A DNA stretch of 20,561 nucleotides from Octopus sinensis (GCF_006345805.1 NW_021823956.1:1-20561), one strand, 5' to 3'. Positions 1 to 11,783 are shown, counted from the first letter of the stretch. A program made the numbers and translations. The notes: generated by a model from the sequence alone, not told the origin.

Positions 1-474
1 TGATGAAGGCTGGAGGGTATAACAAGATGAGGAGAAACATCCGTCAAATGTAAATAGTGTAAATAATGTATATATTATCTGGTTGGAAATTTGACCAACG
101 ATGAATGAAAGTGGATCATCAAGCAGTACTAGAAAATAAAGAATGCAGAAATGGTAAGACAGAAATGGACTGAAGAATTTCAAAGACCTGCTCCGTAACA
201 AATTTGAGCATACTGGGTTCATTTGCAATGCACAGAAAAGTGGTCACTGGTCATAGTTGCCACTTAAGAAAATGAAAAGCTTGTGGCTCAAACATTCACT
301 AGAAGTTCTCAGAAATCCAAAAGGTAAAAATGAAAAAACTGAAGTGAGGATGGCTTCCAATGATTCACTGACGTGGATATCCCATGCTGATCCCTTGGTC
401 GATTTATGAATAGCATTCTTATCCTAAAAAGAGAGAAACAGAACAATGTAAAAAGGACATTCCAGTCATGTTAA

Positions 475-712
475 CCCATTAAGTCACAGAGTACTTAAAT
501 TTCTGAATATTACTTTAAAATTTTTACAGATGATTGAAAATAGGTTGAAATTTAAAAAATAATTATTAAAACTCCTTTACTTTAAGTAGAAATGGAAAAT
601 ACTCGATGTCCTATAAACTGTGTCCTATAAATAGGACACTGAGATAATGCGATGTAGATTATTCAATGTTCTCATTTATTGTCCTATTTATAGGACAGTG
701 GAACTTAATGGG
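475..712. mobile_element. piggyBac-like MITE (non-autonomous)
   Basis: TTAA (471-474) followed by CCCATTAAGT (475-484); perfect inverted copy ACTTAATGGG at 703-712; right flank is CTAT (degenerate TTAA); internal palindromes TGTCCTAT-AA-ATAGGACA (621-638) and its reverse complement (680-697). TTAA plus CCC termini is the piggyBac signature. Confidence 0.5.
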
Positions 713-956
713 CTATACAACTGTAAACCTACTTTTGCCTTCGTTTGTATTATGTAGAGTAGGAATGGCATAGAGCCATTGCTGGAAGTGAACAGGAAAA
801 TTACAAGAGTTAGAAACTGAAGAATTTAAAGATGGTGACATTCAAGAAAAGATATTTTGTAAAGGTAAACAGAAGAAGTGTAGGATTATACGATAAATGG
901 TGTGACTTAGTGTTTTAATGGTGATGAAAATGATAATTGGTCGATACCGGTATCTG

Positions 957-999
957 TGGTTGTTGTTGTATCTATTGTAGCTGATTTTGTTGTTGTTGT

Positions 1000-1058
<59 letters not shown>

Positions 1059-1357
1059 ACTGCGGTGGTGACAATGATGCCGAAGATGGTGGGGTTGACG
1101 ATGGAGGAGGCAGATGATCGTTGTGTTGTTGATGGTGGTGGTGGTGGGGTGGTGGTGGTGATGATGATGTTGGTAATGATAATATTGATACTGATAATGA
1201 TGATGACTATGATGATAATGATGATGTTGGTAGTAGTGATGATGCTAATGGTGGTGATGATGGGGGTGGCGACGACAGTAAAGATAATGATGATGGCAAT
1301 GATAAAAACACACAACGATGACGACGAAGATGATGAAGATGATGATGGTGATGATGT

Positions 1358-1425
<68 letters not shown>

Positions 1426-1495
1426 GTGATGATGATTGTGATGATGATGATGAAGACGATAATTGTGATTACAACGACGACGAAGACGATGATGA
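957..1495 (+). repeat. compound trinucleotide microsatellite (GTT)n/(GAT)n/(GGT)n/(GAC)n
   Basis: Direct reading; pure (GAT)n runs at about 1001-1057 and 1357-1423. Explains the poly-M, poly-D and poly-I ORFs. Confidence 0.97.
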
Positions 1496-1539
1496 TAAAT
1501 ATATAAGTGTTATCTGCGAAACGAAAGAATAAAATTTAC

Positions 1540-1603
1540 TCATGTGGCGCCAAGAAAGATCTCGGAGAATCTCGTTAAAACTCATCAAACTAAATAATTG
1601 TTT
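1540..1603 (-). other. candidate exon (unverified), KQLFSLMSFNEILRDLSWRHM
   Basis: Acceptor TGTCTTATCTCAG, 64 nt open, donor GTAAAT; unique island between microsatellites. No homology recognised. Confidence 0.15.
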
Positions 1604-1618
1604 CTGAGATAAGACAGA

Positions 1619-1717
1619 CAACAACATTAACAACAACAACATCAACTACAACAACAACAGCAACAACAACAGCAACAATAATAGTAGCAATAATAATAGC
1701 AAGAATATAGCAACAAT
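1619..1717 (+). repeat. (AAC)n/(AAT)n/(AGC)n microsatellite
   Basis: Direct reading. Confidence 0.9.
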
Positions 1718-1846
1718 GGGTTTCCCATACTAACATCAGAAGCCAGCTGTAGAGCATTCAAGTTGTCACTCCGACTGCTAGAAATAGCAGTCAAACCTTC
1801 TGGAAGTTACTTCCCGTGGGCTTCATTCTGCCAATGTACTGCTCTT

Positions 1847-2076
1847 TAACAATTCTTTCTACGATAAGCACAAGGTCTGAAATTGTAGGGGAATGACCTG
1901 GTCGGCTACGCTGACCCCTACCCCTAGTACGCAGCTGGTACTTAATTTATCGATCACGAAAAGATGAAAGACAATGCTGATCTCGGTGGCACTTAAACTC
2001 AGAATATAAAACCGAAAAAATGCTGGATAGAATTTTGTCCCGTGTGCTAACGATTCTGCCGGCATTATGCCATCCT
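1847..2076 (-). mobile_element. tRNA-derived SINE family M, diverged full-length copy
   Basis: Aligns by eye to the neighbouring copies along its length (GGCAGAATCGTTAGCAC head, GAGTTTAAGTGCC B-box remnant, TTTCATCTTTTCGTGATCGATAAATTAAGTACCAG core). Confidence 0.8.
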
Positions 2077-2297
2077 TTAATAATCCTTTCTACTAAAGGC
2101 ACAGGGTCTGAAATTTGTGTGGAGGGGACTAGTCGATTATGTCTACCCCTGTGCTTAACTGGTACTTATTTCATTGACCGCGAAAGGATGAAATGCAAAG
2201 TCGATCTCGGCAGAATTTGAACTCAGAACGTAGCCGCAGACGAAATACTGCTAAGCATTTCGCCCGACGTGTTAACGATTTTGCCATCTCACCGCCT
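2077..2297 (-). mobile_element. tRNA-derived SINE family M, full-length
   Basis: Minus strand reads AGGCGGTGAGATGGCAAAATCG (A-box-like) ... GAGTTCAAATTC (B-box-like) ... GACTTTGCATTTCATCCTTTCGCGGTCAATGAAATAAGTACCAG core (resembles the Meta/MESC SINE domain, from memory) ... AAAGGATTATTA tail. Confidence 0.9.
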
Positions 2298-2324
2298 TAC
2301 TACTACTAATAATAATAATAATCC

Positions 2325-2612
2325 TTCTGAGTTCAAATTCCGCCGATGTCGACTTTGCTTTTCATACTTTCGGGGTTGATAAATTAAGTACCAGTTGCGT
2401 TCTGAGGATCAATCCAATCGACCCCGCCCGAAAAGTTTTCGGGCCTTGTGCCTAGAGTAGAAAAGAAGAACAATAATAATCCTTCTGAATTCAAATTCCG
2501 CTGAGGTCGCCTTTGCTTTTCATCCTTTCAGGGTCGATAAATTAAGTACCAGTTGCGCACTGGGGTCGATCTGATTGACTGCGCCCACCTTGTGCCTAGA
2601 GTAGAAAAGAAG
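2325..2612 (+). mobile_element. two tandem 5'-truncated family M SINE copies (about 2325-2470 and 2483-2612)
   Basis: Both start at TTCTGA(G/A)TTCAAATTCCGC, contain the GACTTTGCTTTTCAT..GGGGTCGATAAATTAAGTACCAG-type core and end CCTTGTGCCTAGAGTAGAAAAGAAGAA. Confidence 0.88.
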
Positions 2613-3441
2613 AATAATAATAATCCTTTCCACCATAGGAACAAGGCCTGAAATTTGTGGGGAGGAGACTAGTCGATTACATCGATCCCAGTGCGTAACT
2701 GGTATTTATTTCATCGACTACGAAAAGATGAAAGGCAAAGTCGACCTCGGCGGAATTTGAACTCAGAACGTAGCTGCAGACGAAATACCTATTTCTTTAC
2801 TACCCACAAGGGGATAAACACAGAGAGGACAAACAAGGACAGATAAACGGATTAAGTCGATAATATTGACCCCAGTGGTACTTATTTAACCGACCCCGAA
2901 ACGATGAAAGGCAAAGTCGACCTCGGTAGAATTTGAACTCACAACGTAATGACAGACGAAATACCGCTAAGCATTTCGCCCGGCGTGCTAACGATTCTGC
3001 CAGCTCGCCGCCTTAAGACAAAATACCTATTTCCTTACTACCCAGAAGGGGCTAAACACAGAGAGGGCAAACAAAGACAGACAAACAGATTAATTCGATT
3101 ATATCGACACCAGTGTGTAAGTGGTACTTATTTAATCGACCCCGAAAGGATGAATGGCAAAGTCGACCTCAGCAGAATTTGAACTCAGAACGTAACGGCA
3201 TACGAAATACTTATTTTTTACTACCGACAAGGGGCTAAACAAAGAGAGGACAAACAAGGACAGACAAACGGATTAAGTCGATTACATCGACCCCAGTGCG
3301 TAACTGGTACTTATTTAATCGACCCCGAAAGGATGAATGGCAAAGTCGACTTCGGCAGAATTTGAACTCAGAACGTAGCGGCAGACGAAATACCGCTCAG
3401 CATTTCGCCCGGCGTGCTAGCCATTCTGCTTTACGCCACCT
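2613..3441 (-). mobile_element. head-to-tail multimer of four family M SINE units (3441-3211, 3210-3028, 3013-2790, 2789-2613)
   Basis: Four repeats of the GTCGATTA.ATCGACCCCAG...GGTACTTATTTAATCGACCCCGAAAGGATGAA.GGCAAAGTCGACCTCGG..GAATTTGAACTCAGAACG block; complete tRNA-like heads end at 3013 and 3441; junctions GAAATACCTATTTC at 2782-2795 and variants at 3020-3033 and 3204-3218. Confidence 0.92.
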
Positions 3442-3700
3442 TTTAATAATAAATGTGTAGTTTTTAATTAGTGACAAGACCAGCAGTTATGTTGGGAGGT
3501 AATAGTCGTTTACATTGACCTGCCGTACTTGACTCTTACTTTAATTTATCAACCACGGAATATAAATGGTTAATTTGAACTCGCAACGATTTGAATTCAA
3601 AATGTCGACAATCGTCCTTCAATAATAATTGTTTGTAACTTAGGTACAAATCCTGCAATCTGGTGGAGATGTCATTTATCGATTATATCAATCGATATCA

Positions 3701-4302
3701 TATTCATGTCAAGAGAGAAGGGTGAATAGCTTTCACACACACAGGCACTATTTGCGGAGGATACTCTGCATCGAATGGCCAGACAAAATTCCTGGTTCAG
3801 AAGTGCTGAAGAGAGCTAGTGTCTCTAACTCATGCTCCGATCCAGACGACGCAGATGGCTAGGACATTTCACATGAATGGATGATTTCAGAACCCGCAGG
3901 CAAATTTTGTATGGAGGATTAACAGATGAAAGAAGGAGCACAGGACTTCCAAAGCTGCACTTTAAGGACCCTGAAAAGGTTCTCCCTTAATGAAAGAAAA
4001 TGGGAAGTATAGAAAAGGGCTGTAGCAAGAGAAAAAAAACTATGCACATAGGAATCAAAGTGTATGAAGATACTTGCACTCAGCATGCTGAAGAAGCTAG
4101 ACTAAAGTGTAAATTCACAGAACTAGACACTTCTCTAGAACTAGACATTGCTCTACCGTAGGTATTGTCAAAACCTATGTCGAGCGGCCAAAGGTCTTAC
4201 CACGGAAGGCAATGCTCAGGAAGAGGTTAAATGAAAAATTCAGTTAAGTGAAGAAACGGACAGTGTCTTTGCAATATCGTTAACCAACGACGCGAAAGGC
4301 AA
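3701..4302 (+). mobile_element. degenerate RTE-clade (BovB-like) LINE, 3' end of the RT ORF plus tail
   Basis: From 3710: QERRVNSFHTHRHYLRRILCIEWPDKIPGSEVLKRAS; after a frameshift MLRSRRRRWLGHFT*MDDFRTRRQILYGGLTDERRSTGLPKLHFKD; then KWEV*..GIKVYED..HAEEARLK. These match the post-RT motifs of RTE LINEs (LRRILxIxWxDKIPNxEVL; RLRWLGHVxRMxDxRxPKQLLYGEL..GRPKLRFKD). Terminal hairpin TCGTT-AACC-AACGA at 4277-4290. Confidence 0.85.
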
Positions 4303-4424
4303 TCTATCGACCCACTACTTTTATTAAATATTTCGTTGGACCTGGGGCTCCTAAGGACGGTTACCAAGTTTTCATAGTGTATACGTGATTCAGATCACAA
4401 TATTTCATCTGAAAAGAATGATTC

Positions 4425-4621
4425 ATAATCGACAATTTTTGAGGAGAGGGGACAGGACGTTTATATCGACTCCAGGACTTGATTAGAACCTTATTTTAGT
4501 GACACGGAAAGGAGTGAAAGGCAGAAGTAAAACCAGTGGGATTTGAACACAGAAATTCAGAATATAAAAAGCCGCTAAGCATTTTATCCGACTCGCTAAA
4601 CATTCTGGTAGCTCACCGCAT
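4425..4621 (-). mobile_element. family M SINE, old degenerate copy
   Basis: TATATCGACTCCAG..GGAAAGGAGTGAAAGGCAG..GGATTTGAACACAGAA..GCCGCTAAGCATTTTATCCG..GCTCACCGC matches the family layout. Confidence 0.7.
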
Positions 4622-4749
4622 TCGAACTACTTGACGCTGTTTTAATTTAAAAAGAACAAAAGAAGTAGTTTTCGGTGGGGTTCGAAACCCATGTCTAAAG
4701 CCTCGCCTATCGTTTTACTCACTTTTACAGATTTTCTTAGCTTAAAGGG

Positions 4750-4909
4750 TTTTTGAAAATAATATCGGTTTAAAATTTTAGTACTAATTTTAATCGAACC
4801 CAAATGCATGAAAGGCAAAAATAGACGGCTGCGGGATTTGAACACAGAACATGAAGACGGACGAAGTGCCGCTAAGGATTTTGCCTAGCGTGCCAAAGTG
4901 TCTGCCAGC
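4750..4909 (-). mobile_element. family M SINE, old degenerate copy
   Basis: AGTACTAATTTTAATCGAACCC..ATGAAAGGCAAAA..GGATTTGAACACAGAAC..GCCGCTAAGGATTTTGCCTAGCGTGCC..TCTGCCAGC. Confidence 0.72.
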
Positions 4910-5119
4910 ATGCAGTTTGAATCCTAACTACTAATAATTGTCACGTTGTGACAAAGCATCATTCGATTCTCTGTGTGTGATTATCTGGCAAGTATCTAAG
5001 ACTCCTTCAGGCTTGTCTTGTACCGGAAGTTCTCGAAACCAGTCTCGTAATCAAACACGTGACGTTGTCGTTCTTCCAGCTCACTCCATTACTGCCTTTG
5101 CAGATGCATGTTTGCCCCT

Positions 5120-5711
5120 CCCACACACACACATAATTGCATATATATATGTGTGTGTGTGTGTGTGTATGTGTGTGCGTTTTTGTGCGTGTGCATGTGA
5201 GTGTGTATGCATGCATGTATACATGCTTGTATGTATACGTACGTATAGACTGATTTATATATGTATACATATGCATATATACATTTATATATGTGTCTGT
5301 ATATATACATATGCGTCTACATATGTATATACATGCATATATACATTTATACACATATACATGCATATTCATGTATGCGTATATATACATGTATGTATGC
5401 ATGTACGTATGTATGTATATACACATATATACAAATGGCGTAAGTGTGTTTGTGCGTTTGTATATTTCCATATGTGTTTGCCTGAATTCAAGTACTGTTA
5501 TGGAGTGCGCATGCACCTGTACATTTTAAGATGTCTGTCTGTTTGTATCAATACGCTTGAGTAGATAGCTGTGTGTTTAAACAATTGCATGTGGTAATGT
5601 ACTTCATGCGCATGTGCATACATACACGTATACATACATAGTCATACAAAGACACATCATATATATATGTGCGCGCGCACACACACACACACATACACAT
5701 ACATACATACA

Positions 5712-5750
<39 letters not shown>
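5120..5750. repeat. degenerate (TG)n/(TA)n/(CA)n/(TACA)n microsatellite field
   Basis: Direct reading; accounts for the YI/CV/HT-rich ORFs. Confidence 0.95.
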
Positions 5751-5830
5751 CATATGGACACGTGTGAAGATGGCTTGGTGTTTCAAAGAATTCTATTTTG
5801 CTATTTATTTTTTTTGTTCTTATGGCATAT

Positions 5831-5842
5831 CATCATCATCAG

Positions 5843-5884
<42 letters not shown>

Positions 5885-5901
5885 TATTATTATTATTATT
5901 A

Positions 5902-5949
<48 letters not shown>

Positions 5950-6027
5950 TATTATCATTAATAATAATATAATAATAATAATAATAATATATAATAATGA
6001 TGATAATAATAATAATAGTAATAGTAA

Positions 6028-6086
<59 letters not shown>

Positions 6087-6106
6087 TTAATAATGATGAT
6101 GATGAT

Positions 6107-6178
<72 letters not shown>

Positions 6179-6180
6179 CG
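5831..6180. repeat. compound microsatellite (CAT)n-(TAT)n-(AAT)n-(GAT)n
   Basis: Direct reading: CAT about 5831-5883, TAT about 5884-5959, AAT about 5960-6092, GAT about 6093-6177. Confidence 0.97.
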
Positions 6181-6999
6181 ATTTTTCGCCTCTTTGTTCT
6201 CTGTGTTCGCTTAGTGGTCGATCCGGAAACGAAGTCACCATTTCTTATCTTATGCTATCTCACTGAACTGGCTCACCAATTTCTTACACATTATCTGTGT
6301 GAAGAAAGAAGGGAAAAAGATCCCTATAGATTTCCTAACCAGCTCTTATCAGTGTTTATTCGGACCGATTTTTTCCTACTTCGCACACATTTCTCTGTAT
6401 CATCTCCTTTCTTATCTCTCTATCTCTCACCTAACTCCTCTCTCTCTTTCACATTTTCTTTCTCTCTTTCTTTCTCTTTCTCTACCTCTCATCCTCTCGT
6501 ATCTCACATCTCATTTCTCATCCCTTTAATTTCCGTTCTGGACAATTCCATATCCCTCAGCTTCCTTCAAACGTGTCCAGCTATCACAAAGAAAAGAAGG
6601 AAAAAAAAGTAAAGAAAAAATCCCTCGAAGGATATTTCGGGAAGAGAATGAAAAAGAATGAAAAAAACTATTTGTATAAAACAGAACAAAAAGCATACAA
6701 AACAAATACTAACGAGTACACTTAATTCTCCCCCTCTTCTATTGGCACCGATATTAAAATGTGGTGATTTAAACTCCTGTCTCGTATCTACATAGGACTT
6801 AATTATATTTTAGTCAGGTTGACTCACCACAAACCGCTAGTATCAACCAGAAGAGACCAGAAAAGACAAAGAAACAACCAGAACAAACTAGTTCTAACCA
6901 GTACAGACAAGTGCAGAAGAGTGCAAGCCATAAGAAATGGTGTACAACAGAGTAGGTTCTAGAACATTAGGAAAGACCAGGGTATTCTGGAAGCGTGGT

Positions 7000-7205
<206 letters not shown>

Positions 7206-7208
7206 GTT

Positions 7209-7376
7209 GATGTTAAGAAGGACAACTAACTGTAGAAACCATGACAAAGTAGAGAACAGGGTTTAATACAATCTTCTGACTTGGCAGTTCCTGTGAAATT
7301 GTCCAACCCATGCCAACATGGAAAACGTATATTAAATGATAGTGATGAAGATGGTGATAATGAGGATGATGATGAT
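7209..7376 (+). mobile_element. 3' half of a second SINE type with (GAT)n tail
   Basis: GTTAAGAAGGACAACTAACTGTAGAAACCATG...GTCCAACCCATGCCAACATGGAAAACGTATATTAAATGAT(GAT)n resembles a common octopus SINE 3' region as I remember it (GTTAGGAAGGGCATCCAGCCGTAGAAACC...GTCCAACCCATGCCAGCATGGAAA..GACGTTAAATGATGAT). No second copy in the window. Confidence 0.65.
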
Positions 7377-7457
7377 AGACAGACAGACAAACAGACAAAC
7401 AGATAAATCACAAACTAATTCATTTGTGAAGTACCACTTTGTAGTTTTCTTGAATAA

Positions 7458-7655
7458 TGTTGGCAATGCAAATATTCCCAACCACATGGTTCTGGGTTCA
7501 ATCCCACTGCATAACATCTTGAGTTGTAAGAAGTTTGCTTCTCGACCACATGGCTCCGGGTTCTGTTCCTCTGCGTGCCACTCTAGGGCGAGTGTCTTCT
7601 CCTATAGCCACGGTCGTCCAAAGCCTTGTGAGTGGATTTGGTAGAGGGAAACTAG
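7458..7655 (+). mobile_element. SINE family K 5' half with internally duplicated head segment
   Basis: CCAACCACATGGTTCTGGGTTCAATCCCACTGC followed by a second GACCACATGGCTCCGGGTTC..., then GGCGAGTGTCTTCTCCTATAGCC..AAAGCCTTGTGAGTGGATTTGGTAGAGGGAAACT; homologous to 13716-13880. Confidence 0.8.
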
Positions 7656-7888
7656 AACCACTCACATAATCAAACACGTGACGTTGTCCTTCAGGATTGC
7701 CCCCATTATTGCTTCCAAGCCATAACATCTTTCTCCAACGAGATAGGAACGAAGGAGCTTGATAAAACCTTCCGCTCGCAGTCCCTGAATATTTCATGAG
7801 GTTGGTGGTTTTGTGTGGCTAATCAAGCTTCTATTTCTAGCAATCGCAAGTGCTATTTCGCACCCATATATATGCACACATACACACA

Positions 7889-7928
<40 letters not shown>

Positions 7929-7950
7929 ACGCACACAGACACACATATAA

Positions 7951-8200
7951 CCTTTTATCTTTTATCCTTTAGTTATTTCGGCCATTAGAGTGCGGCCATG
8001 CTGGGGTACAGCCAAGGAGAAAGAATTTTTAGTCTAATTAACAATTCCAGTACTTTATTTTTTTAAAGACTGGCATTTACTCTGTCGCTCCCCCTTTGAC
8101 TGAACCGCTTTGTTATAGGGACATAAAAATACCAACGCCGGTTGTCAAGCGGTGGTGGCGGGACAGACTGAGAACAGACAGAAACACATACATACATGCA
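7951..8200 (-). mobile_element. SINE family K 3' half, diverged
   Basis: TGCGGCCATGCTGGGGTACAGCC..GAACCGCTTTGTTATAGGGACATAAAAATACCAACGCCGGTTGTCAAGCG matches 9666-9870. Confidence 0.75.
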
Positions 8201-8289
8201 GACGGACAGATAGGCAAAATGACTGATTGGCATACATACAGATTGACAGATAGATATATATGGGTAGAGATATATACACAAGATGATAA

Positions 8290-8457
8290 TGATGATGATT
8301 TCTAAATTTGGCGTAAGGTCGGGAAATTTAGAGGAAGTGGGTAATTCGGTAATATTCCGATGAAATATATCTTAATTTATCGATCCCGTGTAAAGGAGAG
8401 GTAAAATCGACCTGGGCGGAATTTGAAACCATGAACGTAAAAGTGATGGAAGAAATG
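8290..8457 (-). mobile_element. family M SINE, degenerate truncated copy
   Basis: TCTTAATTTATCGATCCCG..GGTAAAATCGACCTGGGCGGAATTTGAAACCATGAACGTAAA. Confidence 0.65.
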
Positions 8458-8490
8458 GTTTATACATTCACACATTTATATACGCATATG

Positions 8491-9180
<690 letters not shown>

Positions 9181-9200
9181 TATATATATATAGTATGTAT

Positions 9201-9247
<47 letters not shown>

Positions 9248-9399
9248 CATAATATTAGAGAGTGACCGCTATGTGTTCATTCTCTAATATTTATGTATAA
9301 TTTGTATTTTATCGCTTTATCTCTTGGGTTTAATGTGCTAAGCAACTTGGTGTTAATTGATGGTATTATTAAATTAATATCAAATTTTTCACCCTCATT

Positions 9400-9439
<40 letters not shown>

Positions 9440-9665
9440 CTCAATATAAAATAGTGTACATTTAAACACAAGGGAAAACTACCTATAACAGGTCATTTTT
9501 CACACGCTAGAAGAAGCAGTCAAAACAAACACAAACCACATTTAAAAGAAATTTACGAAGGGAATGAAAAATAAAAACTTTTACCTTATGTTGTCTATTG
9601 ACTCTTTATACATCCTAGGCCACTGATGGTGAAATTTCTAAGAATATTCGCTACCCTATATACAC

Positions 9666-10071
9666 TTACTCTTTTACTCTTTTACATGTTTCAGTCATTT
9701 GACTGCGGCCATGCTGGAGCACCGCCTTTAGTCGACCAAATCGACGCCGGGACTTATTCTTTGTAAGCCCAGTACTTATTCTATCGGTCTCTTTTGCAGA
9801 ACCGCTGGGTGACGGGGACGTAAAGACACCAGCATCGGTTGTCAAGCAATGCTAGAGGGACAAACACAGACACACAAACACATACACATACATACATATA
9901 CACATATATATACATATATACGACGGGCTTCTTTCAGTTTCCGTCTACCAAATCCACTCACAAGGCATTGGTCGGCTCGGGGCTATAGCAGAAGACACTT
10001 GCCCAAGATGCCACGCAGTGGACTGAACCCGGAACCATGTGGTTGGTAAGCAAGCTACTTACCACACAGCC
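9666..10071 (-). mobile_element. SINE family K, near full-length
   Basis: Reverse complement closely matches 13716-14121: GGCTGTGTGGTAAGTAGCTTGC..GGGTTCAGTCC head, internal (TG/TA)n, GCTCCAGCATGGCCGCAGTCAAATGACTGAAAC and (GTAAAAGA)n tail. Confidence 0.93.
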
Positions 10072-10075
10072 GCAT

Positions 10076-10106
<31 letters not shown>

Positions 10107-10751
10107 TATATATATATATATATATATAAATATATATTCGTATTACCGTAATGACACGTCAGTTTGATAATCTCGGTCATCACCGCGACGACTGCTCTGA
10201 ACCCCTTCAACGATATTCTTTTAATTAAATGCAAATCTTACGTGATCCCCTCGCTAATATGGGTTTAAACAGACCACATTTTCTAAAATTACTACATTTC
10301 AGTAATTCAAGAAGCAAATTAAAGATGACAGCGCCTTAAATCCTCACAGATTGACTAAAGATGTCACTGATAAGATGAGAAATTGAAGAAAACTATATAT
10401 ATATAAAAAAAACTTGGAAAATATACTGCGTACATCGAAATATGAATATTTATCTCCCTTTACTCGCAAGTTCGTTTCGCTAACGTTCTCCACAAAGCCT
10501 TTTTTTCGTCTTTTATATATTTTTTCGTTTCTTATCTTTCCTGTGTCTTTCACTCTCTTTCGATTCTTCCCTTATTCACTCGTTCTCTATCAATTATTTT
10601 TTTTCTTTATATCTTTTTTGCTTTTGTTTGCCATTTTTTTCTATATTATTGTCCTCTAGCTGTCTCTTTGCTTATCGCCCTTGTTCGGTTTGCCACTCTC
10701 TCTCCCTCTCCCTGTCTTTTTCTTTTTTTATTTCTCCCCTCCTCTCTCAGT

Positions 10752-10770
10752 ATATCTATCTATCTATCTA

Positions 10771-10806
<36 letters not shown>
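10752..10806 (+). repeat. (TATC)n microsatellite
   Basis: Direct reading. Confidence 0.93.
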
Positions 10807-11155
10807 GACATGTTTTTAAATAGTTTTTTTCCCCTTTACTGTCAACCTTCTAGATACCGTCGTTGAGATTCTAAACAAAGATATTAAGATGGACTTTAGA
10901 AATATTAATGCGCAAATCGTTGTTGACAGCCAAAAGTCAGGCCAAGCTTTTCGACCTCTCTGATAAGGGTGAGAGATGCAAAACAGTACATTTTCTACAA
11001 TTCTCTTCGCGATTTGAACTTAGACAGTAAAATCATATTTTTTGTTCGCAACATCACCACTCAGTTTGTTTGTTTTTTCTTTTCCTTCTAACATGACTTT
11101 GGCAAAGGACACAAGGCTACTACCATAAATTTTATTTGTTTATTTATTTATAGAT

Positions 11156-11313
11156 TCAGGCGTGGCTGTGTGGTAAGAAGTTTGTCTGTCAAACACATAG
11201 TTCTGAGTTCAGTTCCACAGAGAGGTACCTTGGGCAAGCGTCTTTCATTATAGCCTTGGACAGACAAAGTCTTGTGGGTGGATATGGTCGGTGGAAACTG
11301 AAAGATACCCGAC

Positions 11314-11320
<7 letters not shown>
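11156..11320 (+). mobile_element. SINE family K 5' half, diverged
   Basis: GGCGTGGCTGTGTGGTAAGAAGTTTG..GAGTTCAGTTCC..CCTTGGGCAAGCGTCTT..GGAAACTGAAAGATACCCGACG. Confidence 0.85.
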
Positions 11321-11355
<35 letters not shown>

Positions 11356-11628
11356 CACACAAATATATATTGACACATAAACAAAATGAGATGATAAATC
11401 CAAAGCTATGAATAAGTTTCAGAACAGCCTTGGATTTTAAATCTCATTCTGTTAATGATTATATATATAAATGCTAATGCACGACCTACGTTGGACTCCT
11501 CATTTGTATCATTATCGAACCTGGAGCTTAACTATAGACTGTCCATAGCACTTATTCAGCGTTACCTGATTACCTGACACCTTTGGGTCGCCTTGACACC
11601 TTTACCTCTCATGCCCTATACACACACA

Positions 11629-11662
<34 letters not shown>

Positions 11663-11783
11663 TCACCCACCCACACCACACACACACCACACACACACAT
11701 ATATATATAATATTATATTATATATATATATATATATATATAATAATATATATATATATACGCATATATGTATGTCTATGTAG

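Noticed and set aside
70-300. Possible very old RTE C-terminal remnant (KWTEEF, YWVHL, EKW spacing)
   Set aside because: Too degenerate; only tryptophan spacing is suggestive.
842-1532. Long ORFs of 157-181 aa (poly-I, poly-M, poly-D)
   Set aside because: They are stop-free translations of (GAT)n-type microsatellites, with no complexity or splice support.
2613-3441. CRISPR-like or satellite array
   Set aside because: Units are about 185-230-bp SINE monomers without unique spacers, in a eukaryotic context with no cas genes.
4938-6612. ORFs of 100-208 aa rich in YI, CV, HT, poly-H/N/Y
   Set aside because: Di- and trinucleotide repeat artefacts.
6814-6951. Plus-strand 138-nt exon candidate (QVDSPQTASINQKRPEK...)
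   Set aside because: Low-complexity AACCAGA-rich sequence, short pyrimidine tract, and no partner exons on that strand.
7667-7797. Minus-strand exon ...EGQRHVFDY with GTGAGT donor
   Set aside because: Similarity to the 5035-5105 copy continues across the supposed donor and the acceptor is weak, so it is better explained as a repeat.
10860-11050. Additional highly decayed family M SINE (also 3470-3700)
   Set aside because: Only short motifs such as GATTTGAACT remain, so boundaries cannot be supported.
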